Shown here: piece after piece, positions 11,098 through 19,642 of the stretch
Layout of the letters: each line of letters begins with the position of its first letter
Position numbering within the stretch: the stretch's first letter is position 1
Source of the DNA: Micrococcus luteus NCTC 2665
GTDB taxonomy: Bacteria > Actinomycetota > Actinomycetes > Actinomycetales > Micrococcaceae
DNA: 32,000 bases
NCBI RefSeq assembly: GCF_000023205.1
Contig: NC_012803.1
Coordinates: forward strand, 1,170,001-1,202,000
Direction of reading: 5' to 3'
Translations under genes and position numbers: made by a program
The notes under the pieces: generated by a model
The model's input: only the letters and a program-made list of their open reading frames with translations
Told to the model about the DNA's origin: nothing
The model's database searches: none

Positions 11098-12585
11098 ATG
11101 CGACACGCGAAGATCATCGCCACCTTTGGGCCCGCCACCGACTCCGACGAGACCACCCGCGCCATCATCCGCGCGGGGGCGGACGTCGTCCGCCTCAACA
11201 TGAGCCACGGCGACCACGCGGTGCATGAGACGTCCTACGAGCGGGTGCGTCGGCTGAGCGTGGAGGAGCGGCGCCCGGTCGCGATCTTCGCGGACCTCCA
11301 GGGCCCCAAGATCCGCCTCGGCCGCTTCACCGACGGCCCGCATCTGCTCGAGAGGGGCGATCGGATCACCATCACCACCCGGGACGTGCCCGGGACCCGC
11401 GAGCTGGTCGGCACCACCCACAAGGGGCTGCCCGGGGACGTCGCCCCCGGTGACGTGCTCCTGGTGGACGACGGCAAGGTGCGCCTGCGCGCCGTCGAGG
11501 TCACGGACACGGACGTGCTGGCCGAGGTCGAGGTGCCGGGCATGGTCTCGGACAACAAGGGGATCAACCTGCCCGGCGTGGCGGTGAACGTGCCGGCCCT
11601 GTCCGAGAAGGACGAGCGGGACCTGCGCTGGGCGCTGCGCACCGGCGTGGACATGGTGGCGCTGTCCTTCGTGCGGGACGCCGCGGACGTGGACCGGGTG
11701 CACGAGATCATGGACGAGGAGGAGCGCCGGGTCCCGGTCATCGCCAAGATCGAGAAGCCCCAGGCGGTGGAGAACCTCGAGGCCATCGTGGACGCGTTCG
11801 ACGCCATCATGGTGGCCCGCGGCGACCTCGGCGTGGAGCTGCCGCTCGAGGACGTGCCCGTGGTGCAGAAGCGCGCAGTGGACCTCGCCCGCCGCTGGGC
11901 GAAGCCGGTCATCGTGGCCACGCAGGTGCTCGAGTCGATGATCGACAGCCCGCGCCCGACGCGCGCCGAGGCCTCGGACTGCGCCAACGCCGTGCTCGAC
12001 GGCGCGGACGCCGTCATGCTCTCGGGCGAGACCTCGGTGGGCGCATATCCGGTCGAGACGGTCCAGACGATGGCCCGGATCATCGAGTCCACCGAGACCC
12101 ACGGCCTGGAGCTCATCCACCCGCTCGGCTCGCGTCCCCGCACGCGCGGCGGCGCGATCACCCGGGCCGCCGTCGAGGTCGCGAACCAGCTCGAGATCCC
12201 GTTCCTCGCCACGTTCACCGAGTCCGGCGACTCGGCCCGTCGGCTCAGCCGCCTGCGGCCGCGTCAGCCGATCTACGCGTTCACCCACCACGAGCACACG
12301 CACAACATCCTGTGCCTGACCTGGGGCGTCTACCCGAAGATGGTCCCGTTCCAGGACTCCACGGACAAGATGACCCTCCAGGTGGAGCAGTCGCTCACAT
12401 CGGAGGGCATCGCCCAGCACGGCGACCTCGTGGTCATCGCCGCCGGGTCCCCTCCCGGGGCCGTGGGCTCCACGAACACGCTGCGCGTGCACCGCGTGGG
12501 CGACGACGCCGCGGGCGGCTCGTCCGCCGCCTCGCCGCAGACGCGCGAGCCGGTCGGCTTCTGGCCGGCCCGCTCCCCGCTCTGA
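11098..12585 (+). CDS. pyk: Pyruvate kinase
   Basis: MRHAKIIATFGPAT, NMSHGDH, FADLQGPKIRLG, MVARGDLGVELP, and the ATQVLESM...PTRAE...NAVLDGADAVMLSGETS motifs. Confidence 0.95.
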   Translation: MRHAKIIATFGPATDSDETTRAIIRAGADVVRLNMSHGDHAVHETSYERVRRLSVEERRPVAIFADLQGPKIRLGRFTDGPHLLERGDRITITTRDVPGTRELVGTTHKGLPGDVAPGDVLLVDDGKVRLRAVEVTDTDVLAEVEVPGMVSDNKGINLPGVAVNVPALSEKDERDLRWALRTGVDMVALSFVRDAADVDRVHEIMDEEERRVPVIAKIEKPQAVENLEAIVDAFDAIMVARGDLGVELPLEDVPVVQKRAVDLARRWAKPVIVATQVLESMIDSPRPTRAEASDCANAVLDGADAVMLSGETSVGAYPVETVQTMARIIESTETHGLELIHPLGSRPRTRGGAITRAAVEVANQLEIPFLATFTESGDSARRLSRLRPRQPIYAFTHHEHTHNILCLTWGVYPKMVPFQDSTDKMTLQVEQSLTSEGIAQHGDLVVIAAGSPPGAVGSTNTLRVHRVGDDAAGGSSAASPQTREPVGFWPARSPL

Positions 12586-12603
12586 CGAGCGCGCGGGCGC
12601 CGC

Positions 12604-13200
12604 TCAGCCGACCTGGTCGATGACGGCCTGCGCGACCTCCCGCATGGTCAGGCGCCGGTCCATGGAGGTCTTCTGGATCCAGCGGAAGGACTCGGCCTCG
12701 GTCAGGCGCATCCGCTCCTGGAGCAGCGCCTTGGCCCGGTCCACGATCTTGCGGGTCTCCAGGCGGTCGCCCAGGTCCCGCACCTCGGCCTCGAGGCTGC
12801 GCAGCTCGTCGAAGCGGGCCACGGCCAGTTCGATGGCGGGGACCAGGTCGGCCTCGGTGAAGGGCTTGACCACGTAGGCCATGGCCCCGGCGGTCCGGGC
12901 GCGCTCCACCAGCTCGCGCTGGCTGAAGGCGGTCAGCATGACCACGGGGGCGAGCCGTTCCCCGGCGATCTCGCCCGCAGCCGCGATGCCGTCCATCACG
13001 GGCATCTTCACGTCCATCACCACGATGTCCGGGCGGTGCTCGCGCACGGCCTCGACGGCGGCGCGGCCGTCGCCGGCCTCGGCGACCACCCGGTAGCCCG
13101 CCCCGGTGAGCACCTCCACCAGGTCGAGGCGGATGAGGGTCTCGTCCTCGGCGACGACGGCCCGCAGGCCGGTCTCCTCGGGAGGCGTCAGCGTGGACAC
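12604..13200 (-). CDS. pdtaR: ANTAR-domain response regulator (REC + ANTAR, PdtaR-like)
   Basis: REC domain (VVAEDETLIR, DIVVMDVKMPVMDG, MLTAF, YVVKPF) plus a C-terminal ANTAR helix bundle (RKIVDRAKALLQERMRLTEAESFRWIQKTSMDRRLTMREVAQAVI). GTG start with AAGGAG 5 nt upstream on the minus strand. Confidence 0.85.
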   Translation of the reverse strand: MSTLTPPEETGLRAVVAEDETLIRLDLVEVLTGAGYRVVAEAGDGRAAVEAVREHRPDIVVMDVKMPVMDGIAAAGEIAGERLAPVVMLTAFSQRELVERARTAGAMAYVVKPFTEADLVPAIELAVARFDELRSLEAEVRDLGDRLETRKIVDRAKALLQERMRLTEAESFRWIQKTSMDRRLTMREVAQAVIDQVG

Positions 13201-13340
13201 GGCAGCTCCTTCGCGCGGGCCGGGACGGCGTCGGTGCGGCGCCGCTGGTGGTCCACCAGGCTACCGTGCGCGATGAGTGCGGCGCGGGCGCGGCGGCGGT
13301 GACCCCCCGCCGGAAGGCCGGGGACGCCGGGTCGGGGCGC

Positions 13341-13349
13341 TGATAGGGT
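13341..13349 (+). promoter_or_regulatory. Candidate extended -10 (TGaTAGGGT) for tRNA-Leu, and possibly the mrp operon
   Basis: Matches TGnTANNNT, 27 nt upstream of the mature tRNA 5' end. No clear -35. Confidence 0.3.
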
Positions 13350-13376
13350 GATCGAGTCCCGCCTCCGGGCGGCACT

Positions 13377-13458
13377 GCCCGAATGGTGGAATCGGTAGAC
13401 ACGCCGCACTCAAAATGCGGTGCCGAGAGGCGTGTGGGTTCGAGTCCCACTTCGGGCA
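13377..13458 (+). tRNA. tRNA-Leu (anticodon CAA), type II with long variable arm; no encoded CCA
   Basis: Folded by hand. Acceptor GCCCGAA/TTCGGGC plus discriminator A. D arm GTG...CAC. Anticodon stem CCGCA/TGCGG with loop CTCAAAA. Variable arm T-GCC-GAGA-GGC-GT. T arm GTGGG-TTCGAGT-CCCAC. Confidence 0.9.
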
Positions 13459-13528
13459 CCGTCGGCGCGCGGCCACCCGCCGTGGGCGCCGTGTCCGTGA
13501 CCGATCGACCCGAGATGAGTGGTGTCCT

Positions 13529-16402
13529 GTGCTCCTGACCAGCCTCCTGCTGACCCTCCTCTCGGTGGTGGCGGCCGTCCCGGCCTCCCGGGCGCTGGGC
13601 AGGGACGCGGGCTGGGTCCTGGCCGCACCCCTGCTGGCCGCGGCCGGCGTGCTGATCGCGGCGTGGACGGGCGACGTCCGGACGGAGCACCATCCGTGGA
13701 TCCCCGCGGTCGGGGTGGACCTCGACCTCCGGCTGAACGGCCTGGCCCTGGTGTTCGCCATGATCGTCCTCGTCATCGGCGCCGCGATCCTCGCCTACTC
13801 CAGCCGGTACCTCAGTCGGGACCGCACGGAGAGCCGACCCGGCTCCTTCTACCTGCTGATGACCGCGTTCGCGGCGTCGATGCTGCTGCTGGTGCTCGCC
13901 GACAACATCGTGGTCCTCTTCGTCGCGTGGGAGTTCACCTCCTTCACCTCCTTCTTCCTCATCGGGCGCTCGGGGGACCATGCCCGCGACCCCGCGATCC
14001 GGACCCTGCTCGTGACCGTGGGCGGCGGCCTCGCGCTGCTGGCCGCCGTCGCCCTCATGGCCGTGCGGACCGGCACTGCCTCGCTGTCCGGGGTGTTGGC
14101 CTCGGACGTGTGGTCCGAGGCGGGCTTCACCACCACGGTCGCCGTCCTGCTGGCGGTGGCCGCGTTCACCAAGTCCGCCCAGTTCCCGTTCCAGGCGTGG
14201 CTGCCGGACTCCATGGTGGCCATCTCCCCGGTCTCCGCCTACCTGCACGCCGCGGCGATGGTCAAGGCCGGCATCTTCCTGCTGCTGGTGTTCAGCCCGG
14301 TCCTGGCCGGGAACCCGGTGTGGTCCGCGCTGTTGATCGGCTCGGGCCTCATCACGGCCCTGCTGGGCGCCGTCTCCGCGATCCGTCGCCACGACCTCAA
14401 GGGTCTGCTGGCCTACTCCACGATGAGCCAGTTGGGCCTGCTGGTGACCGCCATCGGCATCGGCACCCCCGTCGCGCTTACCGCGGCGATCGTGCACACC
14501 GTGGCGCACGCGCTGTTCAAGTCGGCGCTGTTCATGCTGATCGGCGTGGTCGACCACGAGGCCGGCACCCGCGACCTGCGAGAGCTCGCGGCCCGCCACG
14601 TGCGCATGCCGGTCACCGGCACGGCGATCGCCGTCGCCGCCCTGTCGATGGCGGGCATCCCGCCGCTGTTCGGCTTCATCTCCAAGGAGGGCCTGGTCGA
14701 GGCCGCTCTCGGGACCCCCGGTCCCGCATGGCTCCCCGTCCTCGTCACCGCCGGCATCGCCCTGACCTCCGTGTTCACCGTGGCCTACTCCGGCCGTCTC
14801 GTGCTCGGCGCCCTGGGCCTCTGGGGTCCAAGCCCGGACGGGGCCGCCCATTCGTGGCCGACCGGCCGGGAGGACGAGGTCCACGAGGCTCCTGCCACCT
14901 TCTGGGGCGTGCCCGTGCTGGCCGCGGCCGCGGGCGTGGCCCTGGGCCTGCTGCCCGGTGTGCTGGACACCCCCGTCTCCTACGCGGCCGAGGCCGCCTC
15001 CGGCGCGGAGGTGCACGCGCACCTGGCGCTGTGGCACGGCGTGAACACGGCCCTGCTCGTCTCCGCCGCCATCATCGTGCTCGGTCTGCTGCTGGTGGCC
15101 TTGCGCCGCCCGGTGGAGCGCGTGGCCTCCCACGCCGCCCTGCCGTTCTCCGCCCTGGATGCGGTGGACGAGGTTCGGCACCGGCTGATCGGCGTCGGCG
15201 CGGTCGTCTCGCGCGCCTCCGGCACCCTGGCTCCCCGCCCCCACCTCCTCATCCCCGCCCTGGTCCTGGGGCTCCTCGCCGTGGCCGGTGTCGCCACGAT
15301 CGAGGATTTGCCCGCCGTCGTCGGCCAGCCCTCGCGCTGGCACGACTGGGTGCTGGTCGTCCTGGTGGGTGCCGGCGTGATCGCCACCATCCGCGCCAAG
15401 ACGCGCATCGCCGCCATGGTGGTGGTCGGCGTCGTAGGGTTCGGCATGACCCTGTGGTTCCTCACCCTCGGCGCCGTGGACGTGGCCCTGACCCAGCTGA
15501 TGGTCGAGGTGCTCACGGTGTGCGTCATGGTGCTGCTGCTGCGCCGCCTGCCCGCCCGCTTCAGCGACGAGCCGACCCCGCGCAGGATGCAGGCGGTCCT
15601 CGCCGCCTCCGTCGCCGGCGTCGCCGCGACCCTGGGCGTGCTCGCGTTCACCGGCCGCTCCAGCATGTCGGAGATCGCCCACTTCTACCTGACCCAGAGC
15701 TATGCCCAGGCTGGGGGGACCAACGTGGTGAACGTGATCCTCGTGGACTTCCGCGCCGTGGACACGTGGGGCGAGATGACCGTGCTCGGGGCGACGGCGC
15801 TGACCATCGCGGCCCTGTTGCTCAACCGTCGGCCGACGCCTCCACAGCCCTCCGCCGTGGACATGCGCTCCCCACTCGCCCACGTGCGCGAGAACCTCGT
15901 CCACATCCGGGTGTTCGGCCGTGTCTTCGGCGTGCTGATCATCCTGCTGTCCGCGTTCCTGCTGCTGCGCGGGCACTACGAGCCCGGCGGCGGCTTCATC
16001 GCCGCACTGGTCGCCGGTGCCGGCTACGCCCTGCTCTACCTGGCCGCCGACTCGGACACGGCCCCGGAGTTGCGGTGGCCGTACCTGGCCTTCATCGGCT
16101 CGGGCATCGCCGTCGGCACCGCGACGGGGATCGTCGGTTACCTCACCGGCAAGGGCTTCCTCGGAGCCGCGGGAGTGAAGGTCCTGGGCTACGGGCTCTC
16201 CACCACGCTCGCGTTCGACATGGGCGTGTACCTGGCCGTGATCGGCCTGATCGTGGCCGCGTTCTCCCTGCTCGGCCCCGAGCGGCCGGGTGAGGACCCG
16301 CTCCGCGCCTCGAGCCGTGACCCCGGCGTCGCGCCGGCGGCCCCGTCCTCCGATCCCTCGGCCCCGACCACCACGACTGCACGAGAGGAGGTCACCCGAT
16401 GA
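13529..16402 (+). CDS. mrpA: Na+/H+ antiporter Mrp/Mnh subunit A with fused subunit-B domain
   Basis: NuoL/ND5-like polytopic protein (WEFTSFTSFFLIG, KSAQFPFQAWLPDSM, YSTMSQLG, HALFKSALFM). The C-terminal MnhB-type region is LLLRGHYEPGGGFIAALVAG. GTG 13529 is the only in-frame start downstream of the tRNA. The stop overlaps the mrpC start (ATGA). Confidence 0.88.
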   Translation: MLLTSLLLTLLSVVAAVPASRALGRDAGWVLAAPLLAAAGVLIAAWTGDVRTEHHPWIPAVGVDLDLRLNGLALVFAMIVLVIGAAILAYSSRYLSRDRTESRPGSFYLLMTAFAASMLLLVLADNIVVLFVAWEFTSFTSFFLIGRSGDHARDPAIRTLLVTVGGGLALLAAVALMAVRTGTASLSGVLASDVWSEAGFTTTVAVLLAVAAFTKSAQFPFQAWLPDSMVAISPVSAYLHAAAMVKAGIFLLLVFSPVLAGNPVWSALLIGSGLITALLGAVSAIRRHDLKGLLAYSTMSQLGLLVTAIGIGTPVALTAAIVHTVAHALFKSALFMLIGVVDHEAGTRDLRELAARHVRMPVTGTAIAVAALSMAGIPPLFGFISKEGLVEAALGTPGPAWLPVLVTAGIALTSVFTVAYSGRLVLGALGLWGPSPDGAAHSWPTGREDEVHEAPATFWGVPVLAAAAGVALGLLPGVLDTPVSYAAEAASGAEVHAHLALWHGVNTALLVSAAIIVLGLLLVALRRPVERVASHAALPFSALDAVDEVRHRLIGVGAVVSRASGTLAPRPHLLIPALVLGLLAVAGVATIEDLPAVVGQPSRWHDWVLVVLVGAGVIATIRAKTRIAAMVVVGVVGFGMTLWFLTLGAVDVALTQLMVEVLTVCVMVLLLRRLPARFSDEPTPRRMQAVLAASVAGVAATLGVLAFTGRSSMSEIAHFYLTQSYAQAGGTNVVNVILVDFRAVDTWGEMTVLGATALTIAALLLNRRPTPPQPSAVDMRSPLAHVRENLVHIRVFGRVFGVLIILLSAFLLLRGHYEPGGGFIAALVAGAGYALLYLAADSDTAPELRWPYLAFIGSGIAVGTATGIVGYLTGKGFLGAAGVKVLGYGLSTTLAFDMGVYLAVIGLIVAAFSLLGPERPGEDPLRASSRDPGVAPAAPSSDPSAPTTTTAREEVTR

Positions 16403-16830
16403 CCGTCGCCCTTACCGTGGGACTTCTGACCTTCGGCGCGTTCTACCTGTTCTCCAAGCGCGAGCTGCTGCGCGTGATCCTCGGCATGGTCCTGCTGGGC
16501 CACGCCGCCAACCTGGCCATCATCGCCGCGGGCGGCACCGACCGCCGCGGGCTGCCCTTCGCGGGGACCTCAGACGTCGAGGTGCAGGCCGATGCCCTGC
16601 CGCAGGCCTTCGTCCTGACCGCTATCGTGATCGCCTTCGCGATCACCGTGCTGCTGCTCGCGCTGGCCGTCACCGGGCGCGCGGACGACGCGGTGGCCTC
16701 GCCGGGGGAGACCCGCGACTCCCTGGAGCAGGCCGCCGCCGACGCACGCTTCCCGCGCGAGGAGCGGCACGCCGCGGCCGGCCGGATTGCGCAGCACTAC
16801 GCCGGCCAGGGCCCGGAGGTGCGTCGATGA
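16399..16830 (+). CDS. mrpC: Na+/H+ antiporter Mrp/Mnh subunit C (NuoK-like) with hydrophilic C-terminal extension
   Basis: Three hydrophobic helices (LLTFGAFYLF, VILGMVLLGHAANLAIIAAGG, ALPQAFVLTAIVIAFAITVLLLALAV). GAGAGGAGG upstream. ATGA overlaps at both ends. Confidence 0.85.
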   Translation: MTVALTVGLLTFGAFYLFSKRELLRVILGMVLLGHAANLAIIAAGGTDRRGLPFAGTSDVEVQADALPQAFVLTAIVIAFAITVLLLALAVTGRADDAVASPGETRDSLEQAAADARFPREERHAAAGRIAQHYAGQGPEVRR

Positions 16831-18497
16831 GCGCCGTCCCGCTGGGCCAGCTGCTGCCCCTCTTCGCCGCCGTCCCGCTGCTGTCCGCCGGTCTGCTCGT
16901 GCTGGCGGGGGAGCGTCCCCGCCTCCACCGGGCAGTCCTGTTCGCGGTGCTCGGACTCGTCACCACCGGCGGGCTGGCCCTGGGCGTCCACGCCCTCGAC
17001 GGGTCCGTGCTCGCCACCTCGCTGGGCGGCTGGCCCGGGGGCATCGGGATCGGCTTCGCAGCGGACATGCTGTCCGCCCTGATGCTCGTGCTCACGAGCG
17101 CCCTCACGATCGTGGGCGCGGCGTTCGCCTACGGCTCCCGCGTCGCTAACTCCCAGTTCTTCGCCCCGCTGCTCCTGATCCTCATCGGCGGAGTCAACGG
17201 CGCCCTGCTGACGGCGGACCTGTTCAACCTGTTCGTGTTCATCGAGGTCATGTTGGTGCCCAGCTACGGCCTCTACGTCCTCTCCGCCAACCGCCGTGAG
17301 CCCCTGCGCCGAGTGGACGGGGCGCGGCTGTACGTCACCCTCAACCTGCTAACCTCCACGATCCTCCTGGTCGGCGTCGGCTTCGTCTACGGGCTGACCG
17401 GCTCGGTGAACCTCGCGATGCTCGCCGGGTCCGCCGCGGCGGACCCACGCATCGCGATCGCCGCGGGCATGGTGCTGTTCGCACTGTCCATCAAGGCCTC
17501 GGTGGCCCCGCTGCACGGCTGGCTGGCCTGGGCGTACTCCTCGACCTCCCCGGCGGTGACGGCCCTCTTCGCCGCCCTGCACACCAAGGTCGCCGTGTAC
17601 GGGCTCTACCGGATCTACTCCGTCATGTACGACGGCGATGCGCGTCTGCTGCCGCTCATCCTGGTCCTGTCCCTCGCCACCCTCGTGGTGGGTGCGCTCG
17701 CCTCGGTCGGTGAGCACGGTGTGCGCGCCGTGTTGTCGTGGCAGATGGTGAGCGGCATCGGCGGCATCCTCGTCGGACTCGGGCTCTCCACGCGCCTGGG
17801 TCTCGCGGCGGGCCTGTTCTACCTCGTGCACCACATGGTGGCGATGGGCTGCCTCCTGATGGCGGCCGGCGCGATCGAGGTGCGCTACGGCACCGGCCGT
17901 CTCGCGGACCTGCAGGGCCTGGCCCGGCGCGAGCCGCTGATCGCCGTCGCCTTCTTCGTGGGCCTGCTCTCCCTGGTCGGCATCCCGCCCTTCTCCGGGT
18001 TCGTGGGCAAGCTCATGCTCGTCAGCGCCGGCCTGGACGCAGGCCGCGGTGTCACCGCTGCGCTGGTGCTGGGCGCCTCCCTGGTGAGCCTGTGGGCTCT
18101 GCTGCGGGTGTGGGACGCCTGGTTCTGGGGCGCTCCGACGGCCCCACACGGGCACCGCGAGCGCCTGGCCACCGCGGCCATGCCCATCGTGGGCCGGGCG
18201 GGCTCCGTGCCGTCGCCCTCCGGCCGCGGCTCGAGCACCGACCACGAGCGCACCGAGTCGTGGGCCTCGCAGGAAACCCTCGATCCGCCCACGGGCGTGC
18301 TGCCGGTGACCGTGGATCCGGACGAGGACGTCACGCGCTCCCGCATCCCAGGCCGGCTGGCCGCCCCCGCCGTTGTCCTAGCTATGGCCACCCTCGCCCT
18401 CGGGCTCGGCGGTCAGGCCCTGTGGACCGTCACCGACCTCGCGGCTCAGGGCCTGATGGACCCCAGCAGGTACATCGAGGCGGTGCTCAACCCATGA
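16827..18497 (+). CDS. mrpD: Na+/H+ antiporter Mrp/Mnh subunit D (NuoN/ND2-like)
   Basis: ATG 16827 lies within ORF 16290..18497. Motifs: FNLFVFIEVMLVPSY, KASVAPLHGWL, GIPPFSGFVGK. A roughly 70-aa hydrophilic insert precedes the last helix. Confidence 0.88.
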   Translation: MSAVPLGQLLPLFAAVPLLSAGLLVLAGERPRLHRAVLFAVLGLVTTGGLALGVHALDGSVLATSLGGWPGGIGIGFAADMLSALMLVLTSALTIVGAAFAYGSRVANSQFFAPLLLILIGGVNGALLTADLFNLFVFIEVMLVPSYGLYVLSANRREPLRRVDGARLYVTLNLLTSTILLVGVGFVYGLTGSVNLAMLAGSAAADPRIAIAAGMVLFALSIKASVAPLHGWLAWAYSSTSPAVTALFAALHTKVAVYGLYRIYSVMYDGDARLLPLILVLSLATLVVGALASVGEHGVRAVLSWQMVSGIGGILVGLGLSTRLGLAAGLFYLVHHMVAMGCLLMAAGAIEVRYGTGRLADLQGLARREPLIAVAFFVGLLSLVGIPPFSGFVGKLMLVSAGLDAGRGVTAALVLGASLVSLWALLRVWDAWFWGAPTAPHGHRERLATAAMPIVGRAGSVPSPSGRGSSTDHERTESWASQETLDPPTGVLPVTVDPDEDVTRSRIPGRLAAPAVVLAMATLALGLGGQALWTVTDLAAQGLMDPSRYIEAVLNP

Positions 18498-18970
18498 GCA
18501 CCGCACTCCCGCAGCCTCCGGAAGGAGACGCCCCCATGCACACCGTCGCCCCCGCCGACGGGACCGTCGACCTGGCGCCCGGCACGGCCTCCGCCGTGTC
18601 CTGGCCTTGGCGGTGGCTCGTGTTCTGGTGCTGGTACGCGTGGGCCCTGGTGACCTCTTCGAAGGCGGTCATCAAGGACCTCGTCACCCCCGGCGTCCAG
18701 GCGCGCTCGGGCATCGCCCGCGTGCGCAGCAACTGCCGCACGGACGCCGAGGTCACCCTGCTCTCGGCGCTGATCACCCTGACGCCCGGCACGTTGACGC
18801 TGGGCACCCGGCGTGCCGGCGCCGTCGGTGACGAGGACGGTGACCCGGACGCGCGGCGCCTGCTCTACGTGCACGGCCTGTACGCTGACGACGCCGACGC
18901 CCTGCGCGCGGAGATCCACGACATGGAGGCGCGCATGCTCCACGCGATGCGGAAGACGGGGGTGGCATGA
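18494..18970 (+). CDS. mrpE: Na+/H+ antiporter Mrp/Mnh subunit E
   Basis: The ATG overlaps the mrpD stop (ATGA). Has a Trp-rich helix WPWRWLVFWCWYAWALV and the LITLTPGTL motif typical of MnhE. Position in the operon fits. Confidence 0.75.
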   Translation: MSTALPQPPEGDAPMHTVAPADGTVDLAPGTASAVSWPWRWLVFWCWYAWALVTSSKAVIKDLVTPGVQARSGIARVRSNCRTDAEVTLLSALITLTPGTLTLGTRRAGAVGDEDGDPDARRLLYVHGLYADDADALRAEIHDMEARMLHAMRKTGVA

Positions 18971-19251
18971 TGCCCTTCGCCTACGACTGGTCCCTGGTGG
19001 GGATCGACCTGGCCATCGCGCTGCTGACCGTGTCGGCGCTCGTGTCCGCGTACCGGATCGTGGTGGGCCCGCTCGACGCGGACCGCGCGGTCTCGGGCGA
19101 CCTGCTCACGTTCAGCGTGCTCGGGATGCTCGTGCTGTTCGGCGTCCGGGCGGACAACCCGTGGACGTTCGACTTGGTCCTGATCGCCGCGGTCGTGGCC
19201 TTCCTGTCCGGCATGTCCCTGGCCCGCGCGCTCACGCGCGGCAAGCGTTGA
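18967..19251 (+). CDS. mrpF: Na+/H+ antiporter Mrp/Mnh subunit F
   Basis: 94 aa with three helices. YRIVVGPLDADRAVSGDL is typical of MnhF. ATGA overlap with mrpE. Confidence 0.8.
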   Translation: MMPFAYDWSLVGIDLAIALLTVSALVSAYRIVVGPLDADRAVSGDLLTFSVLGMLVLFGVRADNPWTFDLVLIAAVVAFLSGMSLARALTRGKR

Positions 19252-19264
19252 GGAGGTCGCACCC

Positions 19265-19642
19265 GTGGACGTCGTCCTGACCGCCGCCGGCTCCGTGCTC
19301 GTGGTGATCGGAGCCCTTGCGTTCGTCACCGCGGGACTCGGTCTGATCCGGTTCCCCGACCCCTACACCCGCGTCTCCGCCGTGGGCACCGCCGGCGGCG
19401 TCGGGATGATCCTGATCGTGGTGGGCGCCCTGCTACTGGCCCCGGGGGTGGCCGCGTTCGTGAAGGTGGCCCTGATCGTGGTGCTGCAGCTGGGCTCGGC
19501 CTCGGTGGCCACCATGGCCCTGGGCCGCTCGGCCTACCTCACTGGGGTGCCCATGAATCCGGGGCACTACGACGAGCTCGCCGAGGATACCCCCGGCCGC
19601 GAGGGTGGCCGAGCGGCCCCGCGCCTTCCGGACATGGACTGA
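19265..19642 (+). CDS. mrpG: Na+/H+ antiporter Mrp/Mnh subunit G
   Basis: GTG start 7 nt after GAGGAGG. GLIRFPDPYTRVSAVGTAG is typical of MnhG. Last gene of the operon. Confidence 0.8.
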   Translation: MDVVLTAAGSVLVVIGALAFVTAGLGLIRFPDPYTRVSAVGTAGGVGMILIVVGALLLAPGVAAFVKVALIVVLQLGSASVATMALGRSAYLTGVPMNPGHYDELAEDTPGREGGRAAPRLPDMD

